Below, in pieces: positions 22,479-34,800 of a stretch of DNA of 64,000 bases. The stretch is taken from NCBI GenBank assembly GCA_051294905.1, contig CM119378.1, positions 496,001 to 560,000 of the forward strand, read 5' to 3'. The stretch comes from Botryllus schlosseri (Eukaryota). Position numbers and translations under genes: made by a program. Within the stretch, counting starts at the first letter, position 1; each line of letters begins with the position of its first letter. Below the pieces are notes generated by a model that was not told the origin of the DNA, made no database searches, and worked only from the letters and a program-made list of their open reading frames with translations.

Positions 22479-25400
22479 CTAGGCACTAGCAATTTTTATT
22501 AAAATCAACTTGTGACAGTTGCCTTCTTAAAATACATCTGATGTTTACCTGGATCTATAAACGATTGGCTTAATTGGCTAGCCTCCAAAGAGCGACAGCT
22601 ACTCAGCAAGCAAGAGAAATTGAGTTCGTGTAATTTGCTTGCTGCTTTTCGTTATGGTCTCGAAGCTCGTCGCAGAGTATACCAAATGTTTCTCTCACGA
22701 ATTTCTCGATTTCCATGGTTTCTCTGTACAGTGTACATGAGATTAGATTTACCCAAACCATCATACAGCAATCACAAAGATAAACTGACTTTGACGTACC
22801 TCGTACGCAGATGTGATCGCCTCGGTGGTTCTTTTCATTGCAGGACTCTATCCTCTTTGCTGGCTTTCAGTTTCTGCTCTCAGCTTCAGTTGATAATATA
22901 CCAGCCAGGAACATGCTCGGGCTCTATTACTGATACAGATATTGAGTATAGAGCCCCATACACTTCGAGAAGGCATATCCGCAACATCCCATAGCTAAAA
23001 GTTGGAGCCAACTTCTCCGCATCTCACGTATATGCCTCTCCCACATTGTTTTCCACAAGCATATTACAACTGGAACACCCCACAGACATGGTTTCGTAAC
23101 TATCAACACTTACGGAGAATCGCGTTCATACTGGCCATAATTTCCCGCGAATTTACCGAAAAAACGACCTGTATGAACATAAGTTCGCGGTAACTCTAAA
23201 TAGGTATGAACGCGCCCTTTTCCCGGAACTGTTTCGGTAATTTTTTCTCTATGTGAACATCGCCTGTTTCGGAACTTGTTCCCGAAAGAGTTTCGTAAAT
23301 CCGGTATGAAAAGGGCCAATGACCACTAAATCTGTAATTCAGACAGCTAGCAAAATGCAATGACGTAATTATACCTCATACTTCAAAAAGGCAACTTGAC
23401 TTGAATTGTGACTTGACTCGTGACTTGACTTGACTTGACTCGACTTGACTCGAGTCACCTCCAAAAATCGAGTGACTTGACTTGACTCGAGTCACTTTCG
23501 AAAATCGAATGACTTGACTTGACTCGAGTCAAAATGTGCAATGACTCGAAATGACTCGTGACTCGAAGGTAGTGACTTGATCCCAACACTGCCCTAACCC
23601 TAATACCCCACCTCCCCCAACCCTAATATCCCACCTCCCCTAACCCTAATATCCCACCTCCCCTAACCCTAACCTAACCCTAATCCTAACCGACTGTCCC
23701 GCGTTCCGCCTTTTCCGCTGTTTCCTCGTTTTAGTGCCTACTTGTGATCTATAGAGGTCAATGACCGACTGTTCCGCGTTCCGCGTTTTCCTCTGTTTCA
23801 GCGTTTTAGGAATCGAGGTTTCCCGCATTTTCCGCAGTTTCCGCGTTTTAGGGGCCATTTCCGCGAGTTCCGCGTTTTCCGCAGTTTCCGCGTTCCCTCC
23901 TTTTAGGGTTACCCAAACTTTGGACAATTTTCAACAATTCCGCTTTGTATCTTGGAAATGCTAGGGTGTAGGGGAGGCAAGTTTTGTGATTTTCATGGGT
24001 CATTGAGCAAAGATTAGAATTACCTAATCCAAAATCTTCATGGTCATAAATAAGTACCTTATTTTCGTAAATTATCCGTGTCCAAAGTTACCCCTGCATG
24101 TGGGGTAACTTTGGACAATGTAGTTTTTTGTATGCCTTTACACTCTATTGTTTATGACACCCCGTAAATGAGGCTTATTTGGTAAGAGTTGATGAGAGAT
24201 TGAGAGCAATGGCTAAAACTTAAACAAAATAGTTTATGTCTGGCCTATTGCATGATTTTTACCTAATCCACCACCCCACCCCCCAAAAAAAACTAGGTAG
24301 TTTATGAAGGGTAATGCCCCCTTATTCATCCCTTATCTCAATTTTCCCTCATACCTTCACCAATTGGGACTTATAAATAACATATGGTGATGAGCGGTAT
24401 CCCACTGGCAGTGTCAGCATTCGACAGAAAACATTAAGCATGTTACCGTGATTTATTGCCGATTTCAAATATGTTACTGTTCTTTAAAAGTTACACTTTC
24501 CCTTTCTTATGTCCTCTGATGCATATATTTGTCATAATTTACGATATCCCATATTCAGCAGGCACATCTTTAGAAGTATGTGATAAGTTTTTGAAGTAGC
24601 TTACACCCGATTACAATCTCTCAGCTCATTGCCTACACATTTCTCATATTTTGGCAAACTCTTTATTTGTTAATCTTCTCATTCCATTTTAGAAAGCCAT
24701 CAGGCTGGTCATAAGGAATATAGTTGACGATACACTTTGACACAGATGAAGCAGCCACTTTCCAGAGCTCTAAATATCACATTTTCCACTGTCCAAAGTT
24801 ACCCCGTTCTGATAAAATTTGACGGGGCAACTTTGGACATCAGATTTTCTTGTATTGATCTAAGGGTGAGCCCACTGAGATTTTTGCCATAGATTAAGAC
24901 TACTTAGAGGTATCTGCTGCCAAGTTTTGAATCTATGAATCACATGCTAACTATGTTTGGTTGTAAGAAGTTTATTGGCCATCAATTTTGATGAAAATGA
25001 CCCCCGCCATTAATTTATCAATGTTGGGTCAAGTTTAACTGGTAGTGAAATGAATCCATCTTTTATTGAGACTACTTGCGGTACTCTTGCCTCATGAAAA
25101 AGAATTGGACATCCAATCCCATCCCGTTTCCATCAATAACCATTTAAATCTTTTTACTGCTTAGTGTCCAAAGTTACCCTTAAGTCCAAAGTTACCCCGG
25201 TTTACGGAACCGTTTTCTTACTATTATGTCGATTCAAGACTTGACTGCTAGTGTCAATAAATAAAATAAGATCTTTGCTTTCACGTCCACTCGCAAAGTA
25301 ATAATTATATTTATCACACGCGCACAAATTATTTTCGTAGCAATGCGTCAAAATGAAAGCAACATATATATTTTTTATATTTGCATTGTTAACGGAGAAA

Positions 25401-25949
25401 AATGTATAGTATGAACTGTTATAGTTTCAATACCAAGGGCTAAACTTGGTTCTATGTCAATATGACTGTAATTAAGGACTGTCAGTTTCCAGTTTCTCAG
25501 CTTCCTCATAGGAATTTCTGTGAAATATAGGATCTGGGTTTTTCTGGGTTTATTTAGCGTCCACATCTGGGTTTTTCCGAAGTATCCCAGTGGCATCTCT
25601 GGTTGCACAAGCGTGTATTTGATCCTACACAGCATTCAAAAGTTCACGTTCACACATAACAAAAGCGATCGTATTCCGTGAACAGCGAGCAACGTACGCT
25701 TCTTGAAGCTTGCACAGATCACGATAAAATGTATGAAACACCAAAGTATGGAAATGTCGTTCCATACCATAGATTCAAATCTACCATTCCATACCATACT
25801 TGCATTGTTCCATATTCCATACCAAAATATCGATCCATACCATACCATACCATGCCCTGCTTAACAGAACCTCTGCATATGGAGAAACCCGAATCGCTAT
25901 ATAATAGTAATGAACCGGCTTTAATATATCTGATACACATAGGTATATC

Positions 25950-26406
25950 CAGTGGTGGCCCTACGAACGGGGGGGGGGGGGGGGGCGGTCCAGACTTACC
26001 GGCGGGGCTCCCTATAAGTATCTATCCGTAACTTCTGGACGTAACCAGACCCCCATTTCGCATCGGTTATTATCTATCTTTCACCACCGCAATGGTTTGC
26101 CCAGGTGCTGGATTCGGCCATGTCTATTTTGCATGTGTGCAAGGATAGACTACACCAAAACTAAGTAATTCTACCGCATGCAGAGACGTGTTGATTATTG
26201 GGATACGGGACTTTTCTAACAAATGCAGTGATTTGATGATGATTGACACATCTGTACGGAATCATATTCTTGCTCGGTACACGGATTTCCATGTTTATTC
26301 GTCATTATCCTTGAAAAAAGCGCAAAATCCAAATAGAGGGGGGCCCCTCGACCAGGGGGGGGGGGCGGGCGACCGCCCACCTCGCCCACCCCAAAAGCCA
26401 CCACTG
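25950..26406. mobile_element. hAT-type MITE (CAGTGGTGGC...GCCACCACTG) with poly-G tracts
   Basis: Perfect TSD GGTATATC (25942-25949, 26407-26414). Confidence 0.85.
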
Positions 26407-28891
26407 GGTATATCGTCCTTAAAGCTACTCTTTTATCAGTTTATATTACCGTATTTAACCGGCCATAACCCTAATTTTGCTAATTCCATTGTTCGCTAAT
26501 AAAGGTGTTGCTTGAGTAGAACCCTATGATCCTATATTACCGGTATGTAATATATTATTGTGTAGGCTTGATAATTGAGTATTCAAACAAAAGATACGGG
26601 GATGGACTTTCAATCATTTGAATGGTCCGGCTCGCGACCAATCAGATGGTTTGAATCCGGCCCACGACCCAATTTGAGTTTGACACCCCTGATTTACTGT
26701 ATCTCGGTCGAATTTTGCCCAATATTGAACCTAATTTCTAAAAAAAGAGGACATTTGGGCGTCCTCTGAGGACACTTTAAAAAAATAGGTCAAATCCTCT
26801 CAAAGTAGCAAGTATGGTAACCCTACTACTACTTGATCGCTTGATTGATAAATCCGCAGGTTCACCATAAATCCAAATTTCATGACTCGACTTTTACGCT
26901 TCGGACCCAAGTCCCTAGATTTTCATTTGTCCTTCAAGGACCCTTGGAACTTAGTCTGCGGCCGCCTGAATGGTTCACGTACCGTAACTTGGGAATTTTT
27001 CTTTACACACTTGTTTTGTCGCTTCATACAAACCCTTTTGCATACTTGTTGACATATTTATCGTAAACTTGCATAAAAATCGATATTTTGAAGCCTCATT
27101 TTTGACATTTTCAAAATTTTATTTTGGGCAGTTTTGGCACCTAGTTTACGAAAGGCCAAAAATAGCAATGCATGGTGGTAATGTTACACCATGCTGCGAA
27201 TTAACTGATGGCAACGCGTTGAAATGTTCCTACCACAGAGCGTTTGATTGCTCGCTCCCCTCACGTCATTCAGATGAGGTAGGTCATTGAAAAGCATGAC
27301 ATCATACTCGGTTCCGTGTTTACATGCATCTTTTTTATACACGCGTTATAGAACTCGTGATTAAAAGCAAAAATAGCAGACACGATATACGAAACAGTGA
27401 TATTATGGTCGTACTATACATGGGTTACAGAAAAATGTGCACCGTATCAACTTGAAAGCAGCAACTTGCCGTGTTGAATTGAATAAAAGCTACCACAATG
27501 GAAGCAGTGGGACAGTTTCGTGCTATCTGGAAAAATTGGTTCAATAATTGTAAGGGATAGTAGGCATGAACAAAATAAAAACTCGCGTTACCCAGTGCTG
27601 ATTTTATTGGTAAAATATCATGACTGATTTTTTAGGCTGCATTATTCTGCTGATTCGTTTTCACCGGGTTGTCTTGAAAACGTGTTGGGAACCACAAACT
27701 TGTTACGCAAGATATGGAATGCACCTTTTGTGATTGAGAAGTAGGAAATAACATACAAAACAGTGAACTTTTTAGTAGTCTATACGAGGGTCAGAGAAAA
27801 CCAGATGTGGCACTCAAGTAGAAGTAGTGCCATTAATTTCTATCCAAATACAAGTAGAAGTAGCCTTTTTCAAAGACATGTCAAAACTACTTCAAGTGTT
27901 AGTATAAAATGAAAGGTCTGAAAAGTGATGAAAGGTCTGAAAAGTGATAAGTTTGAAAAAGTGGTTTTGGTCTGGGGTGGGTTTGCATACTTGTAGCAGG
28001 GCATTTGGAAATTGGTGCAAACTTTGAAACTTTATTCAGTTACCGAACACACGGGCTATTTGAGGCAGTTTTATGAAAATTTCGCCCGTAAAAGTGACAA
28101 ATCAAAGGTGTACAACTGTATATAGTGAGTAGTCATGCTTGAAAATTGTTGAAGTGGCAGTAGTCGGAAAGCCAACGTACTTTGTCACTGATCCGCTCTG
28201 AAAAAAGTGTGCACTGTAGCAGCAAGTCGATTTTATCATCATTACACAAAATGATAATTATTTTACGGGTTTCAGTTGGATTTTGACGGACAGGACAGCA
28301 CCGTTATAGAACTTGTGACTGGAAAGTAGGAAGTAGCAGACACAAAATACGGAACAGTGAATAGGGTTGTACTATACACGCGTCGGAGAAAAATGTGTGC
28401 CACAGAAACTTAAAAGCAGCAATTCATCACAAGCAAAGCCGTTAACAATCCCGTTTACGACCCAAATTCTCAATTTGCACGTGTGCTTTTTGCGTGAATT
28501 ATTCAGATTAAACCAAAAATCAAGAGAATCTTGAGTTATTGCACGCGATTTTTTGCAGACATCCTAAAAACAAACAGGTTTTAATCTGATTTTTCTTTGA
28601 AAGTGCGATTTTTGCGTGACCCTCCACAGACATCCGATAGGAATGCCATATTGTGATCGCTAGGAAACAACAGACACGATAGACAGGAACAGCGATTAGG
28701 GTGGTGAGAGAAAAATGTGCGCCACAACAACTTAGAAGCACCAATTCACCACGAGCAGAGTCGATCACAATCCCTTTTAGGATCCGCACTTTTGATTTGC
28801 TTTGAAAAGTGCGATTTATCAAAATCCTAAAACGAGCGACTTTTCCATGATTTTCTACATATATCTTAAAAACGAGCCTTCATTCCCAGTT

Positions 28892-31800
28892 TCAGTCTGA
28901 TTTCCGCCGGTCATCCTCAATCCCCGATTCGACGTTGAATTCCTCCATTACCACTCGGCGGACATCGTTCATCTCGATCGTTTCTTTGTGTTGATACGGT
29001 CGAGGATGATTGTAGGGAGGAGGGTGATTCCCCACAAACATGGAGGGGGGAGGGGCCAGAGGAGCCTCGACAATAGGAGACGAGTCGAACATAGGAGGAG
29101 ACTCGGGCAGAGTTTGCAAATCGACCAGAATCGCATCATTGGTCGTTTCCAATGAATCTGATTGGTGATCGGACGAACCATCCTCAACTCCTGTAGCATG
29201 GTCAGTCGCGGTGTCTAATAGAGCTCGACCTTCCGTAATCTCCGTAGCAATTTCTTTTTCCTGACGGATCAACGACGATGTTTCGTTTCCTCTCTTTTCA
29301 GAACGACTCGAAGAATCTTCAGCGATATAAGCATCCGAATGACTCGGAGAATTAGTAGCACTAGATTTGCTGACTCGACGAAACGTGACTTCGTTATCTG
29401 TGTTTCTGGCTTTTTCAACTCGTGATAACGCAGCTCGATTTGTTAGATTGTGATGGCTCGGCAGTTTTGACTTGCTGTTATCTTTGCCGAGACGCGTGCA
29501 GTCCACGGGTTGTGCTCCGTAAGCTCCGGCGGAAGTTAGGAACGAACTCGAGTACTCGGCATCCGTGCTCGGTTTGGACTGACGCAGCCATGGAGATGGA
29601 GATTCTTCCTTGCTCGGCCTGAGATAACATTTGCAGTTACTCTCACATGTGTGACGACAAGCGACAATCTCATAAGAACTGGAACTCATTCAAAACAATG
29701 CGACGCAAATTCGACATCAAAATTTAACTTATGCTGAGGAATCTATCAAAATCAGCCTTTTTTAAATCAAAATCCCAAATGAATTATGGTTAACACGTCT
29801 CAAATGACATGTCGACAAGTCCGAATCCGATAATATTACAAATCGTATATCCCACGCCCAAATTACAATTACAAATCAAAATCCCGTCCCATTATTTGGT
29901 TTTCACCCAAAACAAATCTCTGCACAAGACCTGCGCTGCCAAGGCGATCCCGTTTCTCGATCTGGTTTTCTCGCAGATTCGTCATTCTTGACAGTTTCGT
30001 GTGAAGGCGGCTTCCACGATCTCGGTTCTTTGTTGCCTTTTTCGGCCGGTGCCAAAAATCCAGATATCTACCAAACAATGACAGTATGTCACGTTTCATA
30101 TCGACTGCAGTCCGACATGCTACGTCATGTGACAGTGATTTTTGTCCCAACTCATTTTTTCATGACATGTTATGTAAACGTGTATTTTGCACAGTGTTGG
30201 GATGACTCGAGTCACTTTTTTCGTATGACTTGTCTTGACTCGAGTCACTTTGCTAAAATGACTTGACTCGGCGTATCAGAGATGTGGATTGACTCGTGAC
30301 TTGGAGCAAAATTCACGAGTCAATTTCAAGTCATCAAGTAATCGGTGTCGATAAAAATCACTGGATCTTGCATATTTTCGGATCGGCGAAACGCTGGTGT
30401 AACCCGTGAGAGCGACCAATCATTCAATGATCGCGCGTTTTGCTGGGCCTCCATTGTTCTCTCAAAAATAAATTGACTGCAAACGAACTGATCGAACTTA
30501 CAGCTTACGTTGTCGTGAACTAGTATAGTCAAGTAATTTAATAGCAAAATATCCATTTCTGTTCTCTGTTCTTACCTTAACCAAATCTCTTGTTTTATTG
30601 AAATTGAATTTAAATATAGTTTATATCGACCTCAAATATGGGCGCAGGCTCGAATTGTATAATATGCTATCCAATTACTCTATTAGTTTCGCAGTTCTAC
30701 GTATATGTGAGTGATACAGAGCCTTCCTGCGTGTATATTCAACTCCGTATTCACTCATCGGTTCAAAATCATTGACCACTCAATCTGTATTTCAGACAGC
30801 TAGCAAAATGTAATGACATAATCATGCCTCATACTTCGAAAAGGCAGCTTGCATTGAATGGTGACTTGACTCGTGACTTGACTTGACTCGACTTGACTCG
30901 GGTCACCTCCAAACATTGAATGACTTGGCTTGACTCGAGCCACCTTTAAAAATCGATTGACTTGACTTGACTCGAGTCAAAATGTGACTCGAAATGACTG
31001 GTGACTCGAAGGCAGTGACTTGATCCCAGCACTAATTTTGCATCACCGATACTTCTCAAATGACTGCCCTTCTTAGTTTTTCTGAATTACTAATGAAAAT
31101 AACATATTTCAATAGTGTTGCTTAAATAGCATAGACCGAATAGGAATCAAAATAGTAACGAATAAAATATGTCGGGTAGGTTGAACCTAAATTTAGCTTT
31201 CATTTGATATCGTGCTGTGCAATTTTGATAGGATGTACAGACAATATTGCAATTTCAAATAAATTTCAGTATTGGCCACTACAGGCAAAAAATATTGACA
31301 AGTTTCTCGGTCTATAGCTGCCAGATGCCTTTTTACTTTACGCCATGTCACAGGTTGGCTATTAAAAAAATGCTCTTGAAGTGTTGAAAATACATCTCAT
31401 ACTAGATGGATTGAACATCGGCTGGATACGTTGGGGTTATTGGTGACGGTGAATCTGATATCGCACGCAAAAATTGGATTCTCACGCGAGGGTCGCTAAA
31501 ATGATTGTCTTCAAAAAGTTCGTCGCTGTACGGGTTGACATGTTCGTTATATTCGTTCATTGGAAATGCGTCGCCATCTTGCTGCGATTTGCTGTCGGAG
31601 TCCCGATATAACTGCAAAAAAACGAGGGTGGTCAACTGGTCATTTTCGCACAGGTGCTCAAAGATGCCAATGTTACTGCTCAAGTAGAAGTACAATTTGC
31701 GGCGTACATTTCTACTCGATTACGAGTCCAATAAAAGATTTCGAAGGATTGTCAAAATTATTTCAAGTGGAAAATCAAAGCCTGGAAAGTACTCATGTTT

Positions 31801-34800
31801 AGAAAAGTAGTTTGCATACCTCTAGCAGTATTGATTTTGTCAATGTTTCTCATATGTAGTACAGATAGCTAATTTAGTCCACATATGTCATTGAATAGAA
31901 TTAGTTTTGTTTGGTGATGAAATTACATTATTTTTGAACAAGGGGTTCATATCAGGGTCATAAGGTCCCGAGTCACAAGTCAATTTGACTTGAATAGTTT
32001 CGACTCGAGTCAAGAGTCAGGGGTCATTTTCAATTCACAACCGAGTCAAGTCCGAGTCCAAGTCAGCGAGTAACGGGCCGGGTCCGTGATACCTCCAAAT
32101 TAGAAAAATGCTTGATAACCTAATTTGTATTTTTTTTAATTATAAAAATCATGAAGCAGTTCCGCTTTATCATAACTGCTAAAACTTTAGGACTCACATA
32201 AACAGACTGGCCGTCTGAGATGAAATATTCTGCTGTGCAAACTCAATTTAAATTGATCAATTTCCAATAGCCTATTGATACAAACATATTACAGTTTTGG
32301 AAAAAAAATGTTCGCTAAAATCCATTTTGTCCTGCGATAAACATAACCACTATTCCAGAATAACTTCCAGATGAGCTGCCAGATATAATGACTAGGCCTG
32401 ACGCTAAATGTTCATTAGAAATCGGTTTCTCGATTTTGGTGGCATATATGTTACAATGATACTCAAAGATGTCGTCCGATGCGTTATCATTACATTTGAC
32501 AGCACCTATCTTAGTGGAAATATATTTTCGGTACTCGTTCATATCAAATCGACAATGCATATTTTCCGCACACGACCGCGTTTTTCAAGAAATTCAGCTA
32601 CAGAATTTGTTTCGAAATTAGAAAGATCTTTTCATGTTCTACAGAATAATATGTTATTTTTAAGAAAAGTTATGTTGTTGCTGTTCAACGCTAGCTTGCA
32701 TGAGACAGGTGAAGGTTGCACGATAATTACCGTAATTTTCCAAGTATAGTACGCCCCCATGTATAATACGCACCCTTAAAATAGCATGCAAATTCTGGGA
32801 AAAAGCCTGTACCCATGCATAGTACGCACCCTGCATTCGCAGTACATGAATAGCTGTGTTTTAGTACGCGATGTTGTTCTGTTTTGCGATGTCACTGTCG
32901 AACAATCATGACATAACCATCGATTATCATTATGCAATTAACGGCATTGTCTCTAAACAATAGTACAGAGCAGCCAAGCCTGCGAGGCTGGCGACGCGAT
33001 AGTTCGGGCCAGCGACACGTCTCGCGCACGAGGCCTATTACAGATGCGATTGCTAATCATTATACAAGTAACGGTATTGCCTCTATACGATAGTAGATAG
33101 CAGCCAAAGCCTGCGAGGCCGGCGACGCGACATCTTGCACACGAGGTCATATGCGATTGCTCAGGCCAACGGTTATGTCGTGCACACCACGCCTGTTGGA
33201 GGTGCGACTGATTACGCAAGCGATAATATTTTGTGCACATGGCCTGTCGATGAATTATCAAAGATTGCCGCGCGCGTTCAGCAATCAATGACCTAATTTC
33301 GCTCGCGTGCAAACGGCAAACCAACTCAGCAGGAGATTGCCTGCTGTGCAGATGACTCTCGTTAATTGGCAACACACTTTTTGCTAATTGGTAGCGCTTA
33401 ACACTGATAATACAATTACTGGGCACATGGCTGAAAGTGATGCGCGATTGGGAACAAACATGAAGAAAGGTGTGATTACAAGTTTTTTATCAAAGGAGAT
33501 TTTTTTCAAGCGTGTTGTTCCCATGCATAATACGCACCCCCGATTTTAGGGCAAAAAATCGTGAAAATTTTGCGGACTATTCATGGAAAATTACGGTAAT
33601 CTATTTTTGAACTATAACTTGGTGTGTGTGTGGGGTCAATATCGAGTCAGGTTCAAATAACTTCTGTGAAACTCTTGCACTATAATATATACTTTTATTC
33701 ACTCTTTTATTTAGTTTCTGGACCTATTTTACAATCATTGATCCTTTCATACGAGACTTGAATAAGTCATATAGAGCTTCGAGTCCTATCACTTGATAGA
33801 GCAATACGCAATGACTCGAGTACAATTCGAGTCAATACACAGATTGACGCAAGTCAAGTCGGGTCAATGAAAAACTGTGACTCCAGCCGAGTCATTATAA
33901 CCCTGATTCATACGGACTATATCAGGGCCAGTCATGGGCATGACTGGGCTGATCAAAAGTGGTTGTTAGCCGACAAAAGATTGTAAATAATTCAACGTAA
34001 TATGAATATACAAATTGAAATTAGTACTGCACCTGTCGTGTCAATATAGCTGCCAAAATTGGTGCTACTCACATAAAAGAATGGGTAATCAAGTAAGGCT
34101 GTGTAAAATCGAGTATATGTATACTGCGTTATTCGACTCTGAATTGAGTAATAGGGTTCGAGTCAAGTATTCAAGTATGACTCATAATGACGTCACAACA
34201 GTGTGAATTGATGTGTACAGTTCAGTTATGTGCCTTTCATGCGACCACAAGAATATAACGCCAGTTCTGCATCACATTAAAGATGCCTACATTAACGATA
34301 CTCAAGTAGAATAACGAAATATTTTCTGGTAGGGCCAAAATTTTTGCCGACATTGATGCTACTCAAGTAGAATGCTTGGTAAGATCGTCAAAACAGATGC
34401 ACCCGTTCGTCGGCTATGCCTGCTTTCAAAATTGTAGGACCCATCTACTTGATAAAAGCAAAATGACACGACACATCGGTAGAATCTTCGAAGATTTACC
34501 CGTTGATAAAAATTTCACTCATTGAGCCAGGCAAAGACTACCTTCTACTTTCAAGAGTGTATGAAGTTAGCGGCGTGGCCTGAATATGCTCAAGTAGAAG
34601 TGGAAGTGGCACGAAATTATTACCACTCGAGTAATCAGCACAAGTCGGCAACACGTACCTGAGAGTAGGCTACTCTAATAAAGTACAAGTACCAACCACC
34701 TTTAAAAATTCACCACATTCACCTGAATATGCGCGGTCTGTGACTTGAACTGATCTGGGTTGCATTGCAGTAACGACACGGCCAGACTGCAGTCGTTTCG

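Larger units (their letters stand above)
19203..23317. mobile_element. PIF/Harbinger (PHIS)-like element, 17-bp TIR, 3-bp AAT TSD
   Basis: GGCCCTTTTCATACCGG / CCGGTATGAAAAGGGCC, with AAT at 19200-19202 and 23318-23320. The empty site matches the MITE paralog at ~30760-30785. Confidence 0.8.
17799..23591 (+). mobile_element. hAT-type MITE, CAGTGTTGGGAT family, interrupted by a LINE fragment and a PIF/Harbinger-like element
   Basis: Perfect TSD CCCTAACC (17791-17798, 23592-23599). Colinear with the uninterrupted copy at 30192-31034. Confidence 0.9.
17455..23914. mobile_element. Foldback/MULE-like element with ~220-bp TIRs and internal CCCTAA-rich repeats
   Basis: GGGTAACCCTAAAAGGAGGGAACGCGGAA... 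is inverted at 23690-23914. 9-bp near-TSD TAACTTTGG/AAACTTTGG (17446-17454, 23915-23923). Confidence 0.75.
17433..25207 (-). mobile_element. pogo/Tigger-like (Tc1/mariner superfamily) element with decayed DDE transposase remnant
   Basis: 22-bp TIR CCGTAAACCGGGGTAACTTTGG. Internal GTCCAAAGTTACCCC repeats. The minus strand at ~24360-24575 gives frameshifted KDVPAE..VNYD and TASGIPL/SPYVIYKS, resembling pogo DDE_1 motifs. Confidence 0.75.
17061..25601. mobile_element. hAT-type element (CAGACATGCCACT...AGTGGCATCTCTG) with TCTGGGTTTTT subterminal repeats; outer shell of nest 2
   Basis: Perfect 8-bp TSD GTTGCACA (17053-17060, 25602-25609). Confidence 0.85.

Noticed and set aside
17670..23690. True telomere or chromosome-fusion scar
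   Set aside because: The CCCTAA units are degenerate, short and enclosed by TIRs and a TSD of a transposon.
3547..26825. One giant element bounded by TAGGGTTACCATAC ... GTATGGTAACCCTA
   Set aside because: The flanks (GCTTAATA versus CTACTACT) are not a TSD; these are more likely ends of two separate copies.
27260..28830. Diverged repeats (GTTATAGAACT..AGCAGACAC..AAAAATGTG) as a distinct system
   Set aside because: Probably internal repeats of an old DNA transposon. No termini or TSD could be defined.
28892..29689. 265-aa ORF as a standalone gene
   Set aside because: An internal acceptor (TTCCAG|, exon start 29678) is phase-compatible with the upstream exon, so it is better explained as the last exon of the TJAP1/BEGAIN-like gene.
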